A stretch of 64,000 nucleotides of DNA, from positions 123,492,421-123,556,420 of the forward strand of contig JARDVH010000001.1 in the NCBI GenBank assembly GCA_030324005.1, given 5' to 3'. Origin of the DNA: Negaprion brevirostris (lineage: Eukaryota). Shown here one piece after another: positions 37,475 through 48,902 of the stretch. The notes beneath the pieces are model-generated. The model was not told where the DNA came from, ran no database searches, and saw nothing but the letters and a program-made list of their open reading frames with translations. Position 1 is the first letter of the stretch, and the number at the start of each line of letters is the position of its first letter. Position numbers and translations under genes: made by a program.

Positions 37475-37509
37475 CTGTTGAAGCTTTTCTTCTTGCACTC
37501 ATCAGGACA
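37475..37509 (-). ncRNA. Degenerate minimal type I hammerhead ribozyme of a Penelope-like element
   Basis: Minus strand reads TGTC-CTGATGA-GTGCAAGAA-GAAA-AGCT-TC-AACAG: intact CUGAUGA, GAAA and UC core with a palindromic AAGCTT stem III. Stem I and stem II each have a mismatch at the core-proximal pair. Confidence 0.65.
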
Positions 37510-37843
37510 GTTTGTAAAATTACCAACAGTGAAGGGAACAACTATTTATACTGCATGAGGAGAAAGTGCTGATTGGTTGGCAAGCGGACTCTGATTGGTG
37601 GGGGTGTTACCATAGACAGTGCATCAGAAATCCTTACCGGCTCTGGCCTACATGTGCCTCCAGAGCCACAGCAATGTGGTTGACTCTCAACTGCCCTCCA
37701 AGGGTGACTGTAGATGGGTAATAAATGCTGGCCCAGCCAGCGATGCCCATGTCCCACGAATGATTTTTAAAAAAAATTAATGAAGAACCTGAATCTTCCA
37801 ACAGTGTAGCAGATCCTCAGCACTGCACTGGCCATATTTGAAA

Positions 37844-38190
37844 TCATAGATAGATAGAAACCCTACAGTACAGAAGGAGGCAATTCAGCCTATCGAGTCC
37901 GCACTGACCAGAATCCCACCCAGGCCCTACCCCTATATCCCTACATATTTCACCCACTAATCCTTCTAGCCTACGCATCTCAGGACACTAAGGGGCAATT
38001 TTAGCACAGCCAATCAACCTAACCTGCACATCTTTAGACAGTGGGAGGAAACCAGAGCACCCAGAGGAAATCCATGCAGACATGAGGAAAATGTGCAAAC
38101 TCCACACGGACAGTGACCCGAGCTGGGAATCGAACCCAGGTCCCTGGAGCTGTGAAGCAGCAGTGCTAACCACTGTGCTACTGTGCTGCC
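37844..38190 (-). mobile_element. Near full-length HE1-type SINE
   Basis: Tail catagatagatagaaaccctacag, central domain, B box reverse gggaatcgaaccc, head gtgctaaccactgtgctactgtgctgcc. Confidence 0.85.
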
Positions 38191-38439
38191 CAAAGTTATT
38201 CACATTTGTGCATTTCTAATCTTTACTTGAGTATTTTTAAGCAATCTTTATTTCTCCTCTATCAATCAAGAATTTGCACCAGTTGTCAATTTGCTATAGA
38301 AGATCATCTTTGAATTAGTTCTTCAGATACTTCCAACCTCACTATTGTAGCTGTGCCTTCATGATCGGAACAATGCTTAGCATGTCAGCTTTTTAAAAAC
38401 TTTAGGTTCATAGGACAGGTTTGAAGTTGCGGAGAATAC

Positions 38440-38900
38440 TATTTGATCAGGTGAGAAAAGGCATCTGTGAAACCAGCGAGTTTCACGCTATTTTCCATGC
38501 CTGTTCCAGCAATGTACTATTTTGGGGAAATTCCATATTCCTTATTGACATCTTGTTAACTGTAATCTCCACAAGTTTCTGACATAAGGCAGTGTTGTCA
38601 GAACGACAGCACTATATACTTTGAGCTTGATCTGCAGACTCACGCCTGTGTTGTTCCAGAGGCACTCTTGAAGTTTATCAAAAGCTAAGCTGATTTTGGT
38701 GAATCTGCAGGATGCTTCTGTATCAATATGGATTTCGTTAAACTGGGTACGGCCTAGGAAAGTGAATCTGACCATATTCTCAGACATGTGATCACAGTTG
38801 TGCAATCCTTACCTGCGGCTGTTTGGAATAGTGCCACTGTATTTTTAAGACTGACATCATGTGAAATTTCGGGCAAGCACTGCAAAGTGGTTAATGATTG
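38440..38900 (-). mobile_element. RTE-clade LINE RT C-terminal fragment
   Basis: HIDTEASCRFTKISLAFDKLQECLWNNTGVSLQIKLKVYSAVVLTTLPY matches the RTE motif IDxE...RIxKASxAFGRL...TKLKVYxAVVLxTLLY. Confidence 0.8.
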
Positions 38901-40695
38901 TTTGCATTTCTGAGAATGGGTCAAGAGTTCAGTGAAAGCAAGTTCTTCCAATGTATTAGTTTTAGCTTGTTATTTTCTGAGGTTAAAGAGCTGCTCATCT
39001 GTGCTGAATCTAACCTTAACTCCGATTTTGCGAGATTGAAAGCTGTAAGAAACATGGCAGCAAATGAAATGTTGAAGAATTATTATGAGGGTGTACCTTT
39101 GCTTTATATCATTTATGACAGCATTAATTAGTGATTAGGATCATCTCCCACAAGTCTAAGCCATTATGGAGTTGTTGAAGCATCTCAATGAATTTGTGTG
39201 GACAACCAAATCAGATGTGGGTTTCCCAGAGACCTTTTCCACTGACAGTGTCAATTGCCTTTGTTAGGTCAAATTGATCTTTGTTAGATCAACCAAGGTC
39301 TTCATTTTGCTCTCTGCACATTTCTTAGAGCCATCTGGGTGATTAATTCACTCAGTATTGGAGGATCAAAGATACCATGTGTGTATCTTCGACTCAGTAT
39401 TCTTGCCCCCAGCTTGACCTTGCTGTCTGATTGCTCCCTTGACTGAACCAGCTACTTAAACTTGGAAATTCACATAGTATCCATTACAAAGACTGCTCAT
39501 TTCCAACTCCACAGAAATCCCCTCCTTCCTGTTTCTCAGCAATACCCTCCACCCACTGCCTGTCCACTGCCACTGAAGCCCTTATTCACATTTCATGTTT
39601 AACATCTTAACTTTTCACAGGCTTTCCCAAGCTTCATCTTGGAAAAACTCTGTATACAAACTCTATGCCCAACAACCTGAACTAAAGTCTGTTACTTTAT
39701 CAGATTGTGATTGGTTTCTTATCCCCTGATGCAAGGAATTCCAAATCTTTGTCCTTGTTCAGGGATATTTCTGTGGTCACATCTGCCTTGAACTGCAACA
39801 TCCAACGGCCCTTTGATTGCCCCTTCCTTCTAGTTGGGTGTTGAAAGAAGTGATGTTTTAATTTCCACCCCATCCCATCATCACCCTCACCGTTAAAGAT
39901 TGCACAGATGTCTCTTTAACAAACGCAATGTGGATTTCATTTAGCTGTGTGTTGTTCAGAATATTGGCAGGCTGAGGGTCCTTTGTATGCAGTCAGACAA
40001 AGCCATTACACAAACATATAAATGTTGCTGGAGAAAAAAATGAACAACCCAGCAGGAAGAGAATGGAAACACAGCTCTCGTTGCTGGGAAACAGCTGTGG
40101 ATGATGACATTGATGTAAAATTCAGCTTACAAAATGAATTTGTGCTTTTTCTGACCTTGCCTTCCCTCTATTGCTGAGAGTGCCAAATTTATAGCTACTA
40201 TTCGTCAACAATCTGACAAGACCATGTAATGCAGACCAGTTAATGAGCATCACAGTTCAAGCCATTCCTGGATCATACACAGAGCCACCTATTTTGTTTA
40301 GTAAATTTTGTTTGGCAGCGAAAGCTTCAAAAATGATTTTAAAAAATCAGAATATTACCAATGCTTGGAAATTTGAAGCAAGATGTATCCAGAGCAGAGG
40401 AGTTAACATTTTGGACGCATATCCTTCTTAACAATATTTTGCAAGAGTCAGCACAGGAAACATTGTCTGTTGTATTCACAGATGCTGACTAGTGTGTTTC
40501 CAGTATTTTATATTTATTACTGCTTAGAACAAAAGTCTTTGTGAAATTCTGCAAAGACAACAGGAAGATCCTCCAAAGTCACATGATCGATGTAGTGTAA
40601 AAGGGATTTTTTTTTCCCACTGGCACAGTACTTTAACTTTTTACCATTTGCTGGTGGGAAATTATAGTTAGTAATGCAGGTGCTTTTCTTTCTAA

Positions 40696-40979
40696 AGTGT
40701 CACAAGTAGGCTTAAATTAACACTACAATAAAGTTATTGTGAAAATCCCCTAGTTGCTGCACTGCAGTGCCTGTCTGGATACACTGTTTGGAAAACTTAG
40801 CATGGCCAGTGTACCGAACCAGCATATCTTTCGGATTGTGGGAAGTAACCNNNNNNNNNNNNNNNNNNNNNNNNNNNNNNNNNNNNNNNNNNCAGACTCC
40901 ACATAGACAGTGATCCAATCCGGAAATCGAACCCGGGTCCCTGGCATTCTGAGACAGCAGTGCTAACCATTGTGCTGCT
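40696..40979 (-). mobile_element. HE1-type SINE with the alternative tail
   Basis: gtcacaagtaggctta tail and gaaatcgaacccggg B box in reverse. Confidence 0.78.
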
Positions 40980-43900
40980 CCTAAAGTCTGTTGTTTTGGT
41001 TTGCAGGACACCATTAACTCAATGACTGGCTGTCCCAAAATGTATCTATACTGGTAAAAATTTTGAAACATCATTTACCCTCCCAGATTTGAAGTTGAAA
41101 TATTTTAAAATTTGTTCAGTGAATTGGGATTTTCAGTGGGCGATAGAAGTGGCCTTTGTTCAGCAACACTCAGTTTGACTGTTGCTTTTCAAGTGGTCTC
41201 CCTGTTTTCTTTGGAAGTAGTTGTGTGTGGAAGCTCCATGGAGGGAATTAAGAAGAAAAACCGTCAGCCAAAGAGGAATCTTTCCACTGCAGAAGATGGT
41301 CAGGTTAATCATAGTGAAGTGATTCAACAATGGGAAGGTGATATCAAGCAATTTGGTCATTACTTGTTAATCTCAAAGGAGTGGAATGGTGCACTTTTTA
41401 TTGGACTTATCAGTAAAGGGATAAGGAAGGACTCGCAGCAGCATATTTATATCTGTGGTGTTGTGAACAGTCTCGGTTAATTCTGGAGAATGAGGAGTCT
41501 GCTTCACCGTCTACACATAACCTACTTTGAGCACAATTCAGTTTTTAAAAATTACAGCTTTGAAAAATAACATCAAAATTGGACTAAAATGTTTCAAATT
41601 AGGTCAAAATTAATTGGGTAAAGCACAATTGTCAATTTCATCACCCCAGGTAGTGTGTTTAAGGATAGTTATGGGCAAATCAGTTCTAATACACCATGTT
41701 TTTGATAATGATGGATAGCACCCTGAGTCAAATGGCCATAGGTTTACGTTTTACTCCAAAACTTGAGCATGTAATTAATCTAGGTTGACCCTGAGTGAAT
41801 GAAATGTTATATTGCAATGCCATGGATGCTAAAGGTCCACTACAGTGTTGGGAGACCAGGAAGTTCTAGTGACTCGCAAACATGTGCGTCAACCAACACC
41901 ACCAAACAACTTCTATTTGTGGGTATTGGTGTGTACAAAATATTTACATTCAGCTTCAATAGTAATTTTATGTGAGACACATTGGGAAGTTTGTAAGCCA
42001 AATGCAAGTTAATTATCCAATAAAGAAGCCCTCTGCAGTGGAAGTGTGAATGATTGCATTTGAAGCATTAGTGCAATGTGTAAGAATGGTAGTCTTATGG
42101 AACAGTGGACAGCGTTTGTACTTCAGAGCCAGAAGCTCTGGGTTTGTGTACCATTCCAGGACTTGAATGCCATGGAAGATGTATTCATATTGCACCCAAA
42201 TAGGTTGGTTGCATTTCTGCACATCCTTCCAACACACCAATGGCAGGTGATGAGTGTGGGAAAACTCCTGGTGCTTGATGTGGAGTGGTGACCAAGCTAT
42301 AGATTTAGGATCGTGACCTGNNNNNNNNNNNNNNNNNNNNNNNNNNNNNNATAAGCGTGTGCATTGTCTGCCTCATGCACCTCCAGATGCGGGAATTTAA
42401 CTAAGTCTAATGTGCAAGTTCACCACATTTCATTCCACTTGCCATAAGCCCAGCAACACCAAGATTAGCATATTGATTGTTTTTTTTTCTCCAGAAACCC
42501 CTATGTTAAAATAGCAACTTGCATTAATATAGCATCTTAAATGTAGAAAAATGCTGCATGACATTCCACAGAGAGAGAATCAGATGAAGTTGGACACTAA
42601 GCTAAGAAGAAGTAATGCTGCACAGTAATCAAAAACTTAGTCAATGGGCTGAACTTGAATCTTAAAGGAGGAAAGGGAACTGGAACAGTGATGGGTTTAT
42701 GCAGGGCAATTCATAGTCTGGAGCAGTGTCAGAGGGGCTCCTTTGTGATGTTTGAGGGCTGCCGTTAGGTTTTCAGGTGCTTCTTGAAGGTAAAGCAGAT
42801 CTAATGATTTAAGTCAGAAACCAAATTGTTCCAAGTAAGGGGAAATTTCTTGGGCATCCCACTGAGGGATCTTGTATTCAGCCAATCTCAGCAAACACAA
42901 AGACAGTATGCGAGTAAAAATGTTCTTTAATTGACCAACATGTTGGTAGAGAGATGGTCAGAGGATGTCAATTTCTCTGCCTTTACATAACATAGCTACA
43001 ACAGATATACGTTTCTGAAGATTTGATACACTGTCCAATCTCAACGATTCAATTACATTAATATACTTAATTTACTTTGGCCAATGGCATTCTACCTTCC
43101 AGCAGAATTAGAAATTAATTGGTCAACTGACCCCCACCAACCTCGTTGCCTGGTAACCTTACCTTTTTAAATCTGGTAAGTTCAAGGGTCNNNNNNNNNN
43201 NNNNNNNNNNNNNNNNNNNNNNNNNNNNNNNNNNNNNNNNNNNNNNNNNNNNNNNNNNNNNNNNNNNNNNNNNNNNNNNNNNNNNNNNNNNNNNNNNNNN
43301 NNNNNNNNNNNNNNNNNNNNNNNNNNNNNNNNNNNNNNNNNNNNNNNNNNNNNNNNNNNNNNNNNNNNNNNNNNNNNNNNNNNNNNNNNNNNNNNNNNNN
43401 NNNNNNNNNNNNNNNNNNNNNNNNNNNNNNNNNNNNNNNNNNNNNNNNNNNNNNNNNNNNNNNNNNNNNNNNNNNNNNNNNNNNNNNNNNNNNNNNNNNN
43501 NNNNNNNNNNNNNNNNNNNNNNNNNNNNNNNNNNNNNNNNNNNNNNNNNNNNNNNNNNNNNNNNNNNNNNNNNNNNNNNNNNNNNNNNNNNNNNNNNNNN
43601 NNNNNNNNNNNNNNNNNNNNNNNNNNNNNNNNNNNNNNNNNNNNNNNNNNNNNNNNNNNNNNNNNNNNNNNNNNNNNNNNNNNNNNNNNNNNNNNNNNNN
43701 NNNNNNNNNNNNNNNNNNNNNNNNNNNNNNNNNNNNNNNNNNNNNNNNNNNNNNNNNNNNNNNNNNNNNNNNNNNNNNNNNNNNNNNNNNNNNNNNNNNN
43801 NNNNNNNNNNNNNNNNNNNNNNNNNNNNNNNNNNNNNNNNNNNNNNNNNNNNNNNNNNNNNNNNNNNNNNNNNNNNNNNNNNNNNNNNNNNNNNNNNNNN

Positions 43901-44284
43901 NNNNNNNNNNNNNNNNNNNNNNNNNNNNNNNNNNNNNNNNNNNNNNNNNNNNNNNNNNNNNNNNNNNNNNNNNNNNNNNNNNNNNNNNNNNNNNNNNNNN
44001 NNNNAACATCGAAAAAAATCTAAAGGGAGCAAGCAAAATTGATTGCCTTTTTCCTTCTATCCCAGATGTCTATTTTAAACTTTACTCTCAAAATAATTTA
44101 TTGGACAAATATAAGAGAGGTAGAAGGCCATTGGAAAGGATTTACTATTTTTCTTATTTGTTTGGCTCTTGTTACTCCAGCAGTAGTTCATAAACGTGAA
44201 AGTCAAGATCAGGATGAGGGCTTTAGAAGGAAAAGAAAGATATTACAAGAACAATACCTGTGCTTCAGGGGTTTAATTATGAGA

Positions 44285-44652
44285 AGATACTATACAAATT
44301 AGACCTGGGTAATTAGGAGGGTAAGGGATGACTTGATTGATATTAACAGGAAAAGGCTGGGTAGATAAATTATTTCCACAGTTTGGAGACTCTCAATCGA
44401 GGGAGCATATTCTAAAAATTAGAGCCAGACAGTTCGAGAGAGGTTAGGACACACAATGGTTGGTAGAGGTTTGGAACACTCTTCCACAAATGACTGTTGC
44501 TGCTAGATCAGTTGCTATCTTTAAATCTGGGGGGTTTTTTCTGTTTAAGTAAAGGTATGAAGGGATATGGAGTTAGGCCACAAATTATCACTAAATGGCA
44601 GATCGGGCTTGATGGGCTGAATGGCTTACTCCTGTTCCCATGTTCTTATATT
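44285..44652 (+). mobile_element. Decayed CR1 3' end
   Basis: ...gttggtagaggtttggaacactcttcc...gggctgaatggcttactcctgttcccatgttctt tail. A similar fragment lies at about 32250-32670. Confidence 0.7.
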
Positions 44653-45694
44653 TTTCAAGAAAAGGACGAGGAAAATAATCCATGTGAGAAAGTGAGCAAC
44701 GTTGCCTGCTGGAAAAAAGGTTCCAAACCGTTACCACACTTTGTGTCTGTAAAAGGATCCATAATTCTGGATTGCAAGTCCAATCAATCCTCCTGGGTGT
44801 CACAGATGTTCTCTATTGTGAATACTAAAGGCCCAGTGTTTGTAGGTCCACAGGCATGCCATGACCCCAATACATAGAATCAATCAAACATCACACAGCC
44901 AATCAATCTCAGGAGTTACTTCTATCACCTCAGTTAAGGTTGTTCAGTCCGACTTTCTGCCTCTCTTCCACAGTTACATGTGTGCCCAGGTATCCTTGGA
45001 GATAGTGCATGCAGTGTCCACCGATCTACTTAAGGCACTCCACAACCTGTGTGTGCCACAGGAGTTGAAGTACATCATCGACACTCATAACAATGCTTTA
45101 ATTTAAAAGGTTTCCTTTTATTTTGTTTTGCTACAATAATGTGGAAATGCTCGTTTAAAGGGGTGAATTGTTTGTTTATTCATCACCATTAGTTCTCAAA
45201 ACAATATAAAGGGCTGGCAATCTGTTCTGCAAGGTTAGTGCCAGGCAATGGAGTTGGAAGTGTCTCTTATTCCCTGACCAGTTCACTTAAACTAAGCAAG
45301 TTTTGTTTGGTGATATCAAGCAGTCAGTTACTCTGTGTTCCAAATGGCACTAAATTCCTATGTTTGTGTTCATCCTGGAAGCAGAGAAGGTACTTAATCC
45401 CAAAAATTGAACTTTTTTCTCCCCATGGTTGATTGATGATTCAAAAATGGATTTGAATCCTCTGTCCATACCTACTTCCTCAACAGATGCCAATGGCTCA
45501 TTTCCCTGCCCAACTCCACATATATGGACTGTAAGACTCATTTCCGTCCATTATTTTTGGCCTTGGCTGTAAAATCATTGGCAACAACAGTTAAGAACAA
45601 ATTCAGAGTTCTGTTGGATGCAGGCTTGTTAAACTATTGAACGTTTATGGTTATTAATTTCATTTATTTTTAAAATTTCTTTTCACTTTTTCAG

Positions 45695-45735
45695 AATCTT
45701 AGTGATGTGCCAGGACCAGCTGCTAGCCAGCCTTT
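45695..45735 (+). CDS. SH3D19: Probable SH3D19 microexon (41 nt; NLSDVPGPAASQP)
   Basis: Very strong acceptor (tttcttttcactttttcag|) and donor |gtaagt. Phase 0 to 2 is exactly what is needed to join 30582 to 48644. Peptide homology is weak. Confidence 0.72.
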
Positions 45736-45857
45736 GTAAGTATTTATAGCTCAGAAGCAGATTGTATAACAAACTACTTTCAGTGTCTCTAAAAGTGAAA
45801 CTGCGGGCTCAGCAGAAATTATGGACAACAATTTACCTTGGCAGCCTGCGTAGAATG

Positions 45858-45940
45858 TATTATTATTATTTATTTATTATTATTTATTTATTTTTATTTA
45901 TTATTATTATTTATTCATTTTTTATTTATTTGTTGTTATT
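45858..45940. repeat. Imperfect (ATT)n/(ATTT)n microsatellite
   Basis: tattattattattatttatttattattatttatt... seen directly. Confidence 0.9.
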
Positions 45941-46220
45941 GTCACAAGCAGGCTTGCATTAACACTGCAATGAAGTTACTGTGAAATTCCCCCAGTTGCC
46001 ACACTCCAGCGCCTGTTCTGGTACTCTGGCCATGTTAAATTCTCTCTCAATGAACCTAACTAGCACGTCTTTTGGACTGTGGGAGGAAACCAGATCAACC
46101 GGAGGAAATCCACACAGACACGAGGAGAACGTACTAACTCCACACAGACAGCAACCCAAGCTGGGAATGGAACCTGGGCCCCTGGCACTGTGAGGCAGCA
46201 GTGCTAACTACTGTGCCACC
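45940..46220 (-). mobile_element. HE1-type SINE with the alternative tail
   Basis: Same structure as the 40696 copy; its A-rich tail runs into the microsatellite at 45858-45940. Confidence 0.8.
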
Positions 46221-47064
46221 CCACATCAGCCACCCTGATGAAAATAAGAACTAGAAAGAGAAACTACAAATGTGAAATCTGAAACAAACTAGAAAATGCA
46301 GTAAAAACGCAAGGTCCTTTAGCACGTGGAGGAGAAATGTGGACCACTATTCAGGCCCTCCTTGAGTTCAGATAAAGAGTCCAGCTCAAAACTTTAACCT
46401 GTTTGGTCTGATCTCATGCGCTGAGGTCCTCATTTTTGCTCCCAGCTCAGGTGCACAGAGATGGGAAAATCCCTCTTTGTCGTAGCGCAAATGTTTTGTA
46501 AAGTCTAATCTGAAGTTTCTTTATCAACAGGTATAATCTATGTTCACTCCAGGACTCAATAGTTATGACTCTTTCAGAATGTTACTCTTTGCTAACATGT
46601 ATAGGAAAAGCCCAAAATTTATTAGGCACAGGCCACACCTGTGAGTGAAACATGTGTAGTTAACAATACAGGTAGCTGACCCAACAGAACTAGAAGATGT
46701 TAAATGTGCGCCAGACACAAGTCAAGTTATTGTGACTTATGAGTACTTTTACCAAGTCAGTCATATCGGCCAGTAGATTTGTCCTTGAAACTCAGAAGTC
46801 AGCAATCATTGAATTCACAGTCTGAACCACTTCGTATAATTAAAGTTCTAGGATTGTGTTTGAATAATGATGCTGAATTCCATTTGTTTGGTAAATTTAA
46901 CCCAGTGTACATATCAGAAATATTCACATATATTTTGACTCTGATCAGTGCTAAGTTTGCTGATCCCAGCCAGTTAAATGCTACAGTAGAAGTATGGAAA
47001 CTAATCCAAACCCACAATGAATAAGTCCTACCTCCAATTTAGGGAGCAGATGAGAAACCTACCA

Positions 47065-47545
47065 AGCTCAATTCCAGCTCTGGATTAGTGTGTGTATAGA
47101 GTTTGCACATTCTTCCTGTATCTGTGTGGGTTTCCTCCCACAGTCCAAAGATGTGTATATTAGGTGGATTGGCCAAATTAAATTGCCTCTTCATGTCCAA
47201 AAATATGTACTCGGGGATTAGTGGGATAAATGTACAGTTTTATGGGTACAGGGAAGGCCTGGGTAAAATATACCGTTGGAGAGTCAGTGCAGGCTCAATG
47301 AACTAAGTGGCCTCCTTCCGCACAATGGGGATTCCATGATTCTTCAAAATATTTANNNNNNNNNNNNNNNNNNNNNNNNNNNNNNNNNNNNNNNNNNNNN
47401 NNNNNNNNNNNNNNNNNNNNNNNNNNNNNNNNNNNNNNNNNNNNNNNNNNNNNNNGTATGGGGACAGGGCCTGGGTGGGATTGTTGTTGGTGCAGGCTCG
47501 GTGGGCCAAATGGCCTCTTTCTGCACTGTAGGGATTCTATGCTAT
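47065..47545 (+). mobile_element. Two adjacent HE1-type SINE copies separated by a gap
   Basis: Central domain gtttcctcccacagtccaaagatg; CR1-like tails end at about 47345 and 47545. Confidence 0.7.
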
Positions 47546-48643
47546 GGAGAGGCACCTGAGAGACTTTAATACAGTGCTGAGGCTGCGTTCTTCGGTTTTT
47601 TGCAGCCAGTGTTTCCTGAGAGGCAGACAACCTGAGAGCTGAAGGGAGCTAGGAAATGCCTGATCCATTAGGCTCAGCCCCGCGGCGCCCCCCCCACCCT
47701 CCATCCTGTCGCTGGCCCCCCCGCCATCCTGTCGCCACTGCCCCCCCCCCGACTTCATCATGATCTCCCTCCACCCTGTGAACTGCATCTTCTCATGGTC
47801 CTCCTTTACAATTTCCAGTCAAACACCATTTCTTTCTTTTCCCACACCATCTTTTTTCTTGACCCCTCACCCCTACCATCTTCAGGGTGCTGGCATAATC
47901 ATACTGCAGCAAGAAATAAATGATTTCGGAGAGGTGAGTAATCTGGTTCCACCAGTCTCAGCTATATTTGTTGTGCAAATGGAAGATGAAATTTTTCCCC
48001 TTCAAGTCCACCAGTCCATCTGTTCTTCTGCATCAGTGGATATGAGACTTCCAATCTTCTTGATGAAATAAATTAGATCCATTTATTTGTATGCAAATTT
48101 TAAACTAGAGGCTATCTTCAAATGTGTGAATTTTTACTGTACTGTACATGAACATTGATAAACTATTATCGAGCAATAGAATTTAAATAAAAGGACTGGG
48201 GAGTTGATTAACAGACTGTGCAGTTTGCAGGATTTTGCTTGATTTCCCTACATCACTTTTTGAGGAATTGACATTTTGATTTGCTAACTTGGTTTGTTCT
48301 TTTTTCTGTTGATATTGGGGTCTGTTTTTGATTTTAAATCGTTCCCCACAAACAGACTTAAGATTGAGCTCTTGATCTCAGTAGTACAAATTTTTTTAAA
48401 AATTGTTAATCCCAGCCATTGTTCACAAGACTGTTTATAGCATTTTCTATTGGTATTTTTAATAGAAAATGTCAGTTAATTTAAGAGAAGTCTTTGAGCA
48501 ACACCTCATTGAAATGTAAAACATAATTCTGATGAATGTTCAAGTTTGTGTAGAACTTTAACAAAAGTTACAATTGATTTGACTTCGTTCAACCTGTAGG
48601 CATTCTGTTCAGACCATGTGACTGGAGCTTTTTTATATTGCAG

Positions 48644-48902
48644 GACAGTTCCAGGCAAAGTGCCTCCTGCACGGCCTCCCCCAGCTAAAGCTGGTCCAGC
48701 TCGTCCTCCTCCTCCAAAGGTTTCTACTGCACCAAACCATCTCCGCCGTTCTTCATCTGAACTGGGAATAAACAACACTGCAGGAAAAAGCAGCCCACGT
48801 GCCCTCAGCAAGATTCGTCCAAAAAGTCAGGTTTTTCAGAAAAAACGCCCTGAACTTCCACCGCGACCAGCTCCTGGTCATCCACTCTACAACAAGTACA
48901 CG
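48644..48902 (+). CDS. SH3D19: SH3D19 Pro-rich exon (KVPPARPPP...RSSSE...PELPPRPAPGHPLYNKYT)
   Basis: ttatattgcag| ... |gtaatc; 259 nt, phase 2 to 0. Resembles human KVPPERPPPPK and LPPRPKPGHPLYSKY. Confidence 0.93.

Noticed and set aside
43115-44042. Long ORFs of 284-305 aa (also 16710-17288, 62700-63470 and 6050-6373)
   Set aside because: They consist almost entirely of N-gap codons (X).
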